From: Phyllobates terribilis
Lineage: Eukaryota
Direction: 5' to 3'
Assembly: GCF_046119375.1 (NCBI RefSeq)
Contig: NW_027362772.1
Coordinates: 303,242,001 to 303,306,000 of the forward strand
DNA length: 64,000 nt
A model generated the notes under the pieces. That model saw nothing but the letters and a program-made list of their open reading frames with translations, made no database searches and had not been told where the DNA came from. A program made the translations under genes and the position numbers. Positions 1-14,185 of this stretch are shown piece by piece. Position 1 is the first letter of the stretch. Each line of letters opens with the position of its first letter.

Positions 1-700
1 GACAGGAGACGGGGGTCCCAAGAGGGCCGGGGGGGGGGGGGGGGAGACGACAGAAGACGGGGGTCCCAAGAGGGCCGGGGGGGGGGAAGACGACAGGAGA
101 CGGGGGTCCCAAGAGGGCCGGGGGGGGGGGGGGGAGACGACAGGAGACGGGGGTCCCAAGAGGGCCGGGGGGGGGGGAAGACGACAGGAGACGGGGGTCC
201 CAAGAGGGCGGGGGGGGGGGGGGGAAGACGACAGGAGGCGGGGGTCCCAAGAGGGCCGGGGGGGAGACGACATGAGACGGGGGTCCCAAGAGGGCCGGGG
301 GGGAGACGACATGAGACGGGGGTCCCAAGAGGGCCGGGGGGGGGGGGGGGGAAGACGACAGGAGACGGGGGTCCCAAGAGGGCCGGGGGGGAAGACAGGA
401 GACGGGGGTCCCAAGAGGGCCGGGGGGGAAGACAACAGGAGACGGGGGTCCCAAGAGGGCCGGGGGGGAGACGACATGAGACGGGGGTCCCAAGAGGGCC
501 GGGGGGGGGGGGAAGACGACAGGAGACGGGGGTCCCAAGAGGGCCGGGGGGAAGACGACAGGAGACGGGGGTCCCAAGAGGGCCGGGGGGGAAGACGACA
601 GGAGACGGGGGTCCCAAGAGGGTTAGCGGGAAGACGACAGGAGAAGGGGGTTCCAAGAGGGCCGGTGACGACAGGAGACAGGGGGTCCCAAGAGGGCCGG
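1..700 (+). repeat. G-rich minisatellite, ~38-48 bp unit (GACAGGAGACGGGGGTCCCAAGAGGGCCG(G)nAAGAC); runs off the window start
   Basis: About 15 tandem copies whose length varies with the poly-G run. Confidence 0.95.
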
Positions 701-1473
701 TAGGGGGCAGGAGACGGGGTCTCAAGAGCGAAGTAGATGGGTGCCTCTAGAGGGTGAGGGCAGGAGACACCATAAGGCCACAGACAAGTGAAGCGGTACA
801 CAGTGCGCTTCATACGGAGGCTGTTCTACAAGGATAAGGACTTATTTCAGGACAACTAGGAGGCCGCGCAGTCTCAGGACAATCTCTGTCTGATGCCGGA
901 GTAGCCTGGAACATCGGGTCTCTGATGGCCATGGACACAGTGAGGAGGAGTGTAGGGTCCATCATGAGATGAGCATACCTCCCCACCTCCCCAGGTCCAG
1001 AGGATATTCCTCGATTTTGGGAGCCCTCTCGATTTCCCGGAGGTCAGTGGCAGATCTCTGGGTCAGCTGGACCAGGCCGGGGTGTGTGAAGCTCAGTCTG
1101 GGCTCCGTCCTCCTCCATTGCCAACCACGATCTATGGCAGAGCCTTCTTCTTACTCCTGCAGAACTGGTAAAAGTGAACCGGACGAGGTCAGGGGTCGTC
1201 ACTGGACAGGATATCTCCCAATATTCCCAAAGCTGGGAGAAATGCAGGTGAGGATCAGGAGTCAGGGACGGTGACTGCACCGGGACAAGGTGAGCACCTG
1301 CCCCCCACCAGTGCTGCTCCTCCTGCACATGACATGTACTGTCCTTGTACCCCTCTGACTAGTCATGTAGCTGCACTGCAGGCTGCTCCACCTGCACAAA
1401 CGCCACAAGTGACGCAGGAATGCGACACATCTGTCACCTGAGCTTCCCGAACGCTACAACCCCCAGTACTCAC

Positions 1474-1530
1474 CGTCCACGTGGGGGAAGATATTAAGCG
1501 CTGCACAAGAAAAGAAAAGCGCTTTCTCAT
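1474..1530 (-). other. Putative non-coding first exon of a divergent gene (NMNAT1 expected by synteny; not identified from sequence)
   Basis: Consensus minus-strand donor CG|GTGAGTA next to the promoter motifs. LZIC and NMNAT1 are head-to-head in human. The upstream boundary is a guess. Confidence 0.35.
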
Positions 1531-1589
1531 TGGACGAAACCTCAGCCCCGCTCGTCCATTGGTTGTCCTCCCGTGACGTCATCAGGATG

Positions 1590-1621
1590 CGCGCAGCTTA
1601 GTGAAGCCAGCGCCGGAGCAG
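1590..1621 (+). other. LZIC: Putative non-coding exon 1 of LZIC
   Basis: GC-rich stretch just after the CRE/CCAAT boxes ending in donor CAG|GTAGGG. The start is approximate. Confidence 0.45.
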
Positions 1622-2269
1622 GTAGGGAGCAGTAATGTGGCGGACGTGTGTGTCTGTGTCACCTGTCACCTGTCACCTGCGGGGAGAACGCGGGCGGCTG
1701 TGGTCGGTGACCCGGCCCTGTCCTCACCCGGCTAGGGCCATGTCTCTGTCCAGGCTGCAGTGTAAAGGAGGGAGGTGGCAGCTCATTGTCTGCATGTAGC
1801 CCCAGGACGTGTCCTGCCTCCATCATACGTCGTGTTCAGGATCAGCTGCGGATTCTGTGCTGCAGTCATAACACGAGCTGCGGACTGCATTGCTGATTGC
1901 GCCCTCCACCGGCGGTGGGTAAAATCTGCAGCTTGTCTGGCAGCTAACGCGTGCTGCTCCGACTCAGTCCTCACATTGCAATCTGCAGCGTTTCTGCACA
2001 GAAAATCCGCACAAGTTTACTGCACTTTCTCCTGTGTTTCATGTGCGTTTTTGTTTTGCAGAAATGCAAAAAAAAAAAAAATGGAAATGTTTGGGAGCAG
2101 CGGTGTAATCCTGGGCTTTAGGATCCCCATTACAATGAACGGGGAAAATCCAGAACAGAAAATGTTGGGATGTGAATGAAAAAAAACAATTATTTGAACA
2201 TAGTGCCGGATATAAGGTCCATACACTCCGTACCCGCTGCGTGACCTGGGTGCTCTTATGTAGTACCTG

Positions 2270-2541
2270 CTGTACGGCCTGGAGACCGTTGCGCCGCGCC
2301 CTCTGTACGGCCTGGGGACCGTCGCGCCGCGCCCTCTGTACGGCCTGGGGACCGTCGCGCCGCGCCCTCTGTACGGCCTGGGGACCGCCGCGCCCTCTGT
2401 ACGGCCTGGGGACCGTCGCGCCGCGCCCTCTGTACGGCCTGGGGACCGTCACGCCGCTCCCTCTGTACGGCCTAGGGACCCTCGCGCCCTCTGTACGGTC
2501 TGGGGACCCTGGCGCCGCGCCCTCTGTACGGTCTGGGGACG
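2270..2541 (+). repeat. CpG-rich 33-bp minisatellite (CTGTACGGCCTGGGGACCGTCGCGCCGCGCCCT)
   Basis: About 8 tandem copies, period 33 (2304, 2337...). Confidence 0.9.
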
Positions 2542-2665
2542 ATCCACCGGTAGCACTTTTCTTCTCAGAATATGCCATTTCCAGCCCTTGCAGCTCCAGT
2601 GCTGGGCCGGCAGCCATCTTCCCATATGACGTTACATTTCACCAGTACCTGTAAGCAGTGGCCAC

Positions 2666-2970
2666 CAGGGCTGTGGAGTCGGAGTCGGTGTCCATTTTGG
2701 TGGTGTCAGTATAAACTTGAACCAACTCCAACTCCTAAAATATATAATAAATTGGGTACAGTAGTTCAATACAGTTTGTGGGGAATATTTTTTCATAAGA
2801 ATTTGGAAAAGTTATGAAATGTCCTATAAATGTCTGTCCTATTCCTGATCTAAGGGTCTAGACTTTTAGCTGAGAAAAATGTGTCCTACTGTAAATTTAT
2901 CACTTAAACATGAGCCGTGTATGAGGGAGTCGTGGAGCCAGAGGTTTGGCTTACCGACTTCACAGCCCTG
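2666..2970. mobile_element. hAT-type MITE, 305 bp
   Basis: 17-bp terminal inverted repeats (TIRs) CAGGGCTGTGGAGTCGG / CCGACTTCACAGCCCTG (1 mismatch); perfect 8-bp TSD GTGGCCAC at 2658-2665 and 2971-2978. 8-bp TSDs are typical of hAT elements. Confidence 0.88.
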
Positions 2971-3108
2971 GTGGCCACACTGGTCTGCACAGGAGCCTAG
3001 CCATCCAGTGTGGTCGTCTCTGGCAGGACGATGCAGCTGCCGATCGCTAGTGTTTACGTCACCATGTCACCTATTACCTTACATTCTGGGTCTTGTGGAG
3101 GATTATAA

Positions 3109-7349
<4,241 letters not shown>

Positions 7350-7617
7350 GGTGTCGGGACGGGGCGCGGGCGATGCCTCGGGGTGTTTCACTTTGCACAG
7401 GCCGGATGGTGATGGCCGGAGGACATTCGTATTCAGTTTTGTATCTGCAGTTTTCATACTTTGGGGACTTTTCTAGGATCCATCCCGTGGATAATGGCGT
7501 TACCGTCCGTGTAGAGTTTTTTTATTTGAACCTTTTTACGATGTGCGGGAGCGTTCAGTGTCGTCTCCGCACTTTTTTTCATAGGCTTGTTCTTTTGTAA
7601 TGTGAGTGTACGATAAT

Positions 7618-7623
7618 AATAAA
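7618..7623 (+). terminator. Probable LZIC polyadenylation signal AATAAA
   Basis: First canonical hexamer seen after the stop, about 270 nt downstream, with a T-rich stretch after it. Confidence 0.55.
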
Positions 7624-8779
7624 TTATACCAATATCACGTTTTCTTCTCCTTGGATTAAACAATGGATTCCATAGAGAGATGGGGCGGAAGATGGGGGGC
7701 AGGGGTTACACACTTGGGTGGGGGACAAGGGTTTACACACCTGGCACCCCACATTTTTAACTCCAATACATAGAGTGGACTCCTCGACATCTGTCCTATA
7801 TACGGTGCTCAGTGTCGCCCCCCTGTGGACTCGTTTATTTTGTATTCTCTGTATGAAAAGCGGGAGAAGGGATGCGACAACTGCGCCGAGCTCATGTCTC
7901 GTTTGGGATAATAGTTGTCGTGCACACTGGCATTAGCCCCTTGGCGCTGTACTTTATGGGGACGGGGAGGGTGGCGGTCACCATACCTGGCTCCTGAGGG
8001 GTCCAAAACCATTTCCGCCATGTCACACGATCAGCATACGGTGCTGTGGGAAGGGGGGTATACATTTAGCACTGGCTCTTCACACTGTCAGGCCCCCACC
8101 TCTGTACATCAGTCACTTGTACCTTTTGTGACTTTCACATCACTGACACCTTTTCTTCTCCTTCATCTTCCTTCCCGGTCCTCAGCCTCCTCCTCCTCGG
8201 CTCCTGTGCGCTGCGGATAAGGATTAAGCATAATCCCCCTCGTTTGTGTCACCGCCATCATCTTCTCTGTGCCACGAATTTGTAAATTTAATCCCCCATT
8301 AAGATAATTGTGCAGCGTCAGGTGTGTGCCGAGCCGGCGATTGCTGGGAAAGAGTCGCACACTTATTCCAGGGGCCGGCGGACATAATATTATCCGAGAC
8401 GTCTCTGTTCACATACCCATCAGCCATACCATTAATACCGACAATACCCTGTAGCTCCTCGTCTCACCCTTCGATGTCTGGATGTCACAAGTTCCCTGCA
8501 GGCGTCCTGTGGTATCGGCCGCTGATCCTGTAATTCCTGTGAGGCCTCAATGGAACGGACTTGTATTTCCAGTTCTTCACTCAGATGATTGATCAGACTG
8601 AGATCTGGGGGTTTGGTGATAAGTCTTCACCTGGATCTCTGTCCTGTTCCTCATGCCTGACCGACCCTTTATCTGCTGACAGAGGTGCTGCCATTAGGGA
8701 GGTCTGTACAATAATAGGGAGGTAGTACCAGTCACATCCATGTGATGCCAGCAGAGCATTGCCCCGTCATATGCAGAGG

Positions 8780-9179
8780 ATCACGCTGCAGAACATACCG
8801 GAAACCCCCCACAAGATCCGCCGTGTACCGGGAACACGGCACAGGACGCGCCGTGCACCGGGAACACAGCACAGGACGCGCCGTGCACCGGGAACACAGC
8901 ACAGGACGCGCCGTGCACCGGGAACACAGCACAGGACGCGCCGTGCACCGGGAACACAGCACAGGACGCGCCGTGCACCGGGAACACAGCACAGGACGCG
9001 CCGTGTACCGGGAACACAGCACAGGACGCGCCGTGTACCGGGAACACAGCACAGGACGCGCCGTGTACAGGGAACACAGCACAGGACGCGCCGTGTACAG
9101 GGAACACAGCACAGGACGCGCCGTGTACAGGGAACACAGCACAGGACGCGCCGTGTACCGGGAACACAGCACAGGACGC
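8780..9179 (+). repeat. 30-bp minisatellite (CCGTGTACCGGGAACACAGCACAGGACGCG), left part of an array split by element A
   Basis: About 13 copies; interrupted at 9179 and resumes at 14186. Confidence 0.95.
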
Positions 9180-9602
9180 TGTTATGATCTGCTACAGAAA
9201 CTAAGGAAAGGCAGGAGATCTGTCCCTACAATAGAACTAAACTAGATCCCTACGATGTAACGGGGAACCTGATCCTGCGATCAGACCCGCTAAAGTCCTC
9301 GGCTAGTCTGAACGCAGACCTATAGATGTGGGGGAGGGATCCCTACAAGATCTAGGGACTGGGATAAGTTGGACACCTCCTAGCAGAAATAGTAGCAGTC
9401 AAAGACAAACACACAACAAAAAGCATAGAGGTCAGAAGACCTAGCAAAACTAACAGAGAACGGCAATAGAGCAACAAGCTAGCTCAACAGTAGTAAATAC
9501 AAATGAAGTCCAGCAAAGCCAGGAGGGCGGAGCCGGATTAAATAGGCAAAAATGGTCATGTGACCAGCAAACTAAAAAAAAACTAACAGGAGAGTTGTAA
9601 CA
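9180..9602 (-). repeat. 3' LTR of element A
   Basis: Direct repeat of 13763-14185; the PPT is at ~9603-9620. Confidence 0.96.
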
Positions 9603-9614
9603 GTACCCCCTCTT

Positions 9615-12600
9615 CTAAGAGGATCCTCCGGATCCCCTAGGCCCAGGCTTACCAGGAAACCTGTGAAACGCTCGGACAAGTCTGGGGGCAGAAACATCAT
9701 CCGCCCTCACCCATGAGTTATCCTCAGGTCCGAAACCCTTCCAAGCGACGAGATACTGCAAACTCCCTCTATACCGTCTAGAATTTAGGATGCGGGAAAT
9801 TTCATATTCCCCGTCCTTCACCACCGGAGGAACAGTGGCAGAGGCGTCACCATCCGACACATCAGCTTTTTTCAACAGAGAAACATGAAACACCGGATTA
9901 ATCCTCCAGGACGTAGGAACCTCCAGCCTAACAGCAGATTGGTTAACTATCTGAAGTACCTTAAAGGGCCCTACGAACTTGGGACCCAATTTTTTAGAAG
10001 GAATCCTCATTCGCAGATTCCTAGAGGACAACCAAACCATGTCACCAACAGCAAACAAAACCTCTTGCCGTTTCCTATCAAAGTACCTCTTAGATTTTTT
10101 GTTAGCCTCCTGAAGATTACCACGCACATCCGTCCAAACTCTCTCCAAATCACCGGAAAAACTCTCCTCCTCAGGCACAGCCGAAACCAATTTGGAAAAT
10201 GACCCAAAAGACGGATGTCTCCCAGAACAACAAAAAAAAGGCGAACACCCAGCAGAAGAGGATGTATGGTTGTTAAGAGCAAATTCAGCAAGTGGCAGAA
10301 ACTCAGACCACCCCTCTTGATTGTCTGCCACAAAACAACGCAAGAACTGCTCAACATCCTGGTTCTTCCTTTCTGTCTGGCCATTAGACTCAGGATGATA
10401 TCCGGATGAAAACGACAAATGAACTCCCAACCTGTCACAAAAGGCACGCCAAAAACGAGCCACGAACTGAGGTCCCCTATCAGAAACAATGTCAGTAGGA
10501 ACACCATGTAGTCTAACAATTTCCTTGACAAAGGCCTTGGCGAGTGTCTTAGCGCAAGGCAGTTTGATGAAGGGAACCAAGTGACACATCTTGCTAAAAC
10601 GGTCCACGACCACCCAGATGACCGTGAAACCTTCAGAGGGAGGAAGGTCAGTAATAAAGTCCATAGCCAGATGTGTCCAAGGTGCACTAGGAACCTCCAG
10701 AGGGCAAAGCAACCCCGCAGCAGGAACATGCGAAGACTTGGATCTAGCACACACAGTACATTGGCGCACCCACTTAATGACTTCCTTCTGCCATCCAGGC
10801 CACCAAAAACTGCGACCCACAAGTCTCTTGGTCTCAGAAATTCCTGGATGACCTGCCAACCGAGACTCATGACACTCAACAAACAAATCTCTCCTAAAGG
10901 TCCTAGGCACAAACAACCTCCCATGGGGAGTGTTAGATGGGGCATTCTCCTGTGCTTTAAGAATCTCATCCTCCAAAACGGAGTCCAAAGCAGCAATCAC
11001 AACACCTTCTTGTAAAATGGTCTCCTCTTCCTCCTCAACACCGACCATGGGAGAAAAGCTGCGAGACAAAGCATCCGCTTTAACATTCTTGGTACCCGGG
11101 ATGTAAGTAACGGAAAAATTAAACCGCGAGAAAAAAAGTGCCCACCTAGCCTGACGGGCATTCAAGCGCTTGGCAGCATCAAGATAGATCAGATTTTTAT
11201 GATCAGTGAAAACCTGAACGGGAAATTCAGCACCTTCCAAGAGGTGACGCCAGTGTTCAAATGCGAGTTTAATCGCCAGCAATTCCCGATTACCAATATC
11301 GTAATTAAGTTCAGTCTCGGAAAATTTTTTTGAAAAAAAGGCACAGGGATGTACTCCATCCTTGTTTTCCTGAGACAACACCGCACCAACCCCCACCGAA
11401 GAAGCATCAACCTCAACCAAAAACGGCTTAGTCACATCAGGCTGCATAAGGATGGGAGCAGAGCTGAACCTCTCCTTGAGATACACAAAAGCTTCAATGG
11501 CCTCAGAAGTCCACTGAACCGCATTAGCACCTTTCCTGGTGAGATCGGTCAGCGGTTTGACAATAATAGAAAAAATTTTTATGAATTTTCTGTAATAATT
11601 GGCGAAACCCAAAAACCTCTGTATCGATTTCAAACCAATAGGCCTAGGCCATTCCTGCACAGCCTGAACCTTAACCGGATCCATCTCAAAACCTTCACTG
11701 GAGATAATGTAGCCCAAAAAACTAATTCTCTGTACAGCGAACTCACATTTCTCCAGCTTAGCAAAAAGCGAATTGTCCATTAATAACTGTAATACCTCAC
11801 GTACGCTCCGCCAATGAGACTCCAGATCCGGCGAATAAATCAAAATGTCATCCAAATACACAACCACATTTTTGCCGATTAAAGGTCTAAGGATGTCATT
11901 AATAAGATTCTGAAAAAATGCTGGAGCATTGGTAAGACCAAAAGGCATAACCAGATTCTCAAAATGACCCACAGGAGTGTTAAAAGCAGTCTTCCATTCA
12001 TCACCCTCCTTCATGCGCAACAGATTGTATGCCCCCCGGAGATCAATTTTAGAGAACCACTTGGCCCCCACTAACTGGTTAAACAAATCGGGAATCAATG
12101 GCAGTGGGTAAGGATTGCGTACAGTAATTTTATTAATCTCACGAAAGTCCAGACAAGGGCGTAAACCGCCATCTTTTTTTTTCACAAAAAAAAAACCAAC
12201 CGCCACAGGAGACTTGGAAGGCCTAATATGACCAGCGGCCAAGCTCGTCTGTATGTATTCCTCCAAAGCCTTTCTCTCAGGAATAGTAAGATTAAATAAA
12301 CGACTCTTAGGAAGAGTCGCTCCAGGGACAAATTCAGTGGTACAATCATAGTCTCTATGGGGAGGCAAAACCTGCGACTCCTCCTCAGAAAAAACTCTCC
12401 AAAAATCCTGAATAGGTACAGGCAATTCCCCTCTATCCACAGCAGCAATGCGCCCGTTACAACACTTGTCATAACACTTAGGGCTCCAGGATTTAATTTC
12501 ATTGGTAGACCAATCCAGCACAGGATTGTGCAATTTTAACCAGGGTAACCCCAATATTACTGGAGAAGGCAAATTATCCAATACCACCAAATCCAAATTC

Positions 12601-13682
12601 TCTTGATGAATACCATTAATAGTGAGGGGAAATTCACAGACCTTGTGAGTAACACTCTTCAAGGGAGAGCCATCGACAGAAACCACAGCAATAGGGGATG
12701 ACAAAGTTTTAGGTTCTAATCTAAGTTTTTCCAAGAATCCCCCATCAATCACATTCAGAGTAGATCCACAATCCACAAATACCCGAAATTCAATTAATTC
12801 ATCCTGAGCAGCAGTAGTGGCAGATAGGAATACCCCCTTAGAATTTAAACAGGCAATACGGGCATGACTGACCATTTTTTTTTCTTTCTTCTTACGAAGT
12901 ACACAGCTCTTAATAAAATGACCAGAACTTCCGCAATAGAAGCACAAGCCTTCAGAAAGTCGGCGGTCTTTTTCTTGAGAGCGGGGTGCCATCGCCCCAA
13001 TTTCCATCGGCTCTCCACTGTCAGCACAGAACCTCTCAGGACTCGAAGCTGACATAGCAGAGGATTTGCTCTCATTAACCCTTGCACGCAGTCTCCTGTC
13101 CACCCGTATAGCTAATTGCATTGCCTCCTGCAAGTTTCCAGGTGTGGGATAAGCAATCAGTAAATCCTTAACCCTTTCACCTAGCCCTGCCAGAAACAAG
13201 CTTTTCAAAGCAGAATCGTTCCACCCTACCTGGGCAGACCACCGACGGAAGTGAGAACAATATTTTTCCACATTACCTGATCCCTGCCTCAAACGTCTTA
13301 ATTCAGACTCAGCAGATGAGACACGATCAGGATCATCGTACAACAAACCCAAAGCAGAAAAAAAACTATCCACTGAACTAAAGCACGGATCACTAGGATG
13401 GAGAGAGAAGGCCCATCCCTGAGGATCTTTGCGCAAAAGTGACATTATGAACCCTATGCGCTGTGATTCATCACCAGAGGATCCGGGTCTCAAACGAAAA
13501 TATAATAGACAAGCATTTTTAAAAGAAAAAAAATCTTGTTGTTCGCCAAAAAATAGATCAGGCAGACGTACCTTAGGTTCCACAAAATGCGCTCCAGAAC
13601 AGCTACTCATGTGTTGTTGGAGCTTGGTCACCTCCAGAGAGAGTCCCTGCAAGTGTTGAGCCAAATCTTGCACCGAGATCAT
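9615..13682 (-). CDS. Gag-Pol polyprotein, 1355 aa (Gag with CCHC knuckle, aspartic protease, RT, RNase H, integrase, chromodomain)
   Basis: CFYCGSSGHFIKSC; VFVDCGS; YLDD; DASSVGVGAVL; H..H..CTVC; [13 protein letters not shown]; EYEISRIL...YLVAWKGFGPEDNSW. No stops or frameshifts. Confidence 0.97.
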   Translation of the reverse strand: MISVQDLAQHLQGLSLEVTKLQQHMSSCSGAHFVEPKVRLPDLFFGEQQDFFSFKNACLLYFRLRPGSSGDESQRIGFIMSLLRKDPQGWAFSLHPSDPCFSSVDSFFSALGLLYDDPDRVSSAESELRRLRQGSGNVEKYCSHFRRWSAQVGWNDSALKSLFLAGLGERVKDLLIAYPTPGNLQEAMQLAIRVDRRLRARVNESKSSAMSASSPERFCADSGEPMEIGAMAPRSQEKDRRLSEGLCFYCGSSGHFIKSCVLRKKKEKKMVSHARIACLNSKGVFLSATTAAQDELIEFRVFVDCGSTLNVIDGGFLEKLRLEPKTLSSPIAVVSVDGSPLKSVTHKVCEFPLTINGIHQENLDLVVLDNLPSPVILGLPWLKLHNPVLDWSTNEIKSWSPKCYDKCCNGRIAAVDRGELPVPIQDFWRVFSEEESQVLPPHRDYDCTTEFVPGATLPKSRLFNLTIPERKALEEYIQTSLAAGHIRPSKSPVAVGFFFVKKKDGGLRPCLDFREINKITVRNPYPLPLIPDLFNQLVGAKWFSKIDLRGAYNLLRMKEGDEWKTAFNTPVGHFENLVMPFGLTNAPAFFQNLINDILRPLIGKNVVVYLDDILIYSPDLESHWRSVREVLQLLMDNSLFAKLEKCEFAVQRISFLGYIISSEGFEMDPVKVQAVQEWPRPIGLKSIQRFLGFANYYRKFIKIFSIIVKPLTDLTRKGANAVQWTSEAIEAFVYLKERFSSAPILMQPDVTKPFLVEVDASSVGVGAVLSQENKDGVHPCAFFSKKFSETELNYDIGNRELLAIKLAFEHWRHLLEGAEFPVQVFTDHKNLIYLDAAKRLNARQARWALFFSRFNFSVTYIPGTKNVKADALSRSFSPMVGVEEEEETILQEGVVIAALDSVLEDEILKAQENAPSNTPHGRLFVPRTFRRDLFVECHESRLAGHPGISETKRLVGRSFWWPGWQKEVIKWVRQCTVCARSKSSHVPAAGLLCPLEVPSAPWTHLAMDFITDLPPSEGFTVIWVVVDRFSKMCHLVPFIKLPCAKTLAKAFVKEIVRLHGVPTDIVSDRGPQFVARFWRAFCDRLGVHLSFSSGYHPESNGQTERKNQDVEQFLRCFVADNQEGWSEFLPLAEFALNNHTSSSAGCSPFFCCSGRHPSFGSFSKLVSAVPEEESFSGDLERVWTDVRGNLQEANKKSKRYFDRKRQEVLFAVGDMVWLSSRNLRMRIPSKKLGPKFVGPFKVLQIVNQSAVRLEVPTSWRINPVFHVSLLKKADVSDGDASATVPPVVKDGEYEISRILNSRRYRGSLQYLVAWKGFGPEDNSWVRADDVSAPRLVRAFHRFPGKPGPRGSGGSS

Positions 13683-13762
13683 GATGGAAAACTGGAGGTC
13701 TTTCCCCAGAGAAAATCCTTTCCCTTTTTTTTTTTTTTTTTTTTTTTTATGGCTGGACTTAC

Positions 13763-14185
13763 TGTTATGATCTGCTACAGAAACTAAGGAAAGGCAGAAG
13801 ATCTGTCCCTACAATATAACTAAACTAGATCCCTACGATGTAACGGGGAACCTGATCCTGCGATCAGACCCGCTAAAGTCCTCGGCTAGTCTGAACGCAG
13901 ACCTATAGATGTGGGGGAGGGATCCCTACAAGATCTAGGGACTGGGATAAGTTGGACACCTCCTAGCAGAAATAGCAGCAGTCAAAGACAAACACACAAC
14001 AAAAAGCATAGAGGTCAGAAGACCTAGCAAAACTAACAGAGAACGGCAATAGAGCAACAAGCTAGCTCAACAGTAGTAAATACAAATGAAGTCCAGCAAA
14101 GCCAGGAGGGCGGAGCTGGATTAAATAGGCAAAAATGGTCATGTGACCAGCAAACTAAAAAAAACCTAACAGGAGAGTTGTAACA
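13763..14185 (-). repeat. 5' LTR of element A (TATTTAA on - at 14127-14121)
   Basis: Direct repeat of 9180-9602, upstream of gag. Confidence 0.96.

Larger units (their letters stand above)
1455..1625. promoter_or_regulatory. Probable bidirectional promoter (LZIC on +, divergent gene on -)
   Basis: ATTGG (CCAAT) boxes at 1529-1533 and 1558-1562; palindromic CRE TGACGTCA at 1574-1581; GCTACAACCCCCAG at ~1453-1466 resembles the ACTACAAnTCCCAG ZNF143/THAP11 motif. Outward-facing donors: CAG|GTAGGG (+, 1621/1622) and CG|GTGAGTA (-, 1474/1473). Confidence 0.65.
9180..14185 (-). mobile_element. Intact Ty3/gypsy chromovirus (Tf1/sushi group), element A, 5006 bp
   Basis: 423-bp LTRs (9180-9602 and 13763-14185, TG...CA, 5 differences counted); 5-bp TSD GACGC (9175-9179 and 14186-14190); polypurine tract (PPT) AGAAGAGGGGG next to the 3' LTR; single gag-pol ORF. 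Confidence 0.97.

Noticed and set aside
272-703. Arg/Gly-rich 143-aa ORF
   Set aside because: Product of the G-rich minisatellite; no splice or domain support.
760-1330. Coding-like sequence that might be an NMNAT1 exon or a pseudogene
   Set aside because: No frame on either strand resembled NMNAT1 or another protein I recognise, and all frames contain stops. A BLASTX search would settle it.
7660-8600. Possible decayed LINE fragments (also ~15050-15300 and 26700-28330)
   Set aside because: The composition is suggestive, but I could not read a diagnostic RT or endonuclease motif, so they are left unannotated.
8732-9245. Periodic ORFs on both strands (also at 14033-14841, 25898-26437, 28370-29664, 5116-5548, 2039-2654)
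   Set aside because: The unit lengths (30, 33, 57 bp) are multiples of 3, so open frames arise by chance.
9615-13682. Possible domesticated retrotransposon gene (PEG10/RTL1-like)
   Set aside because: It is flanked by two ~99% identical LTRs, a PPT and a TSD, so it is a recent insertion rather than a host gene.
13745-13762. tRNA primer-binding sites for elements A, B and C
   Set aside because: None begins with TGG (complement of the tRNA CCA end); complementarity to the element's own predicted 5' end explains them better.
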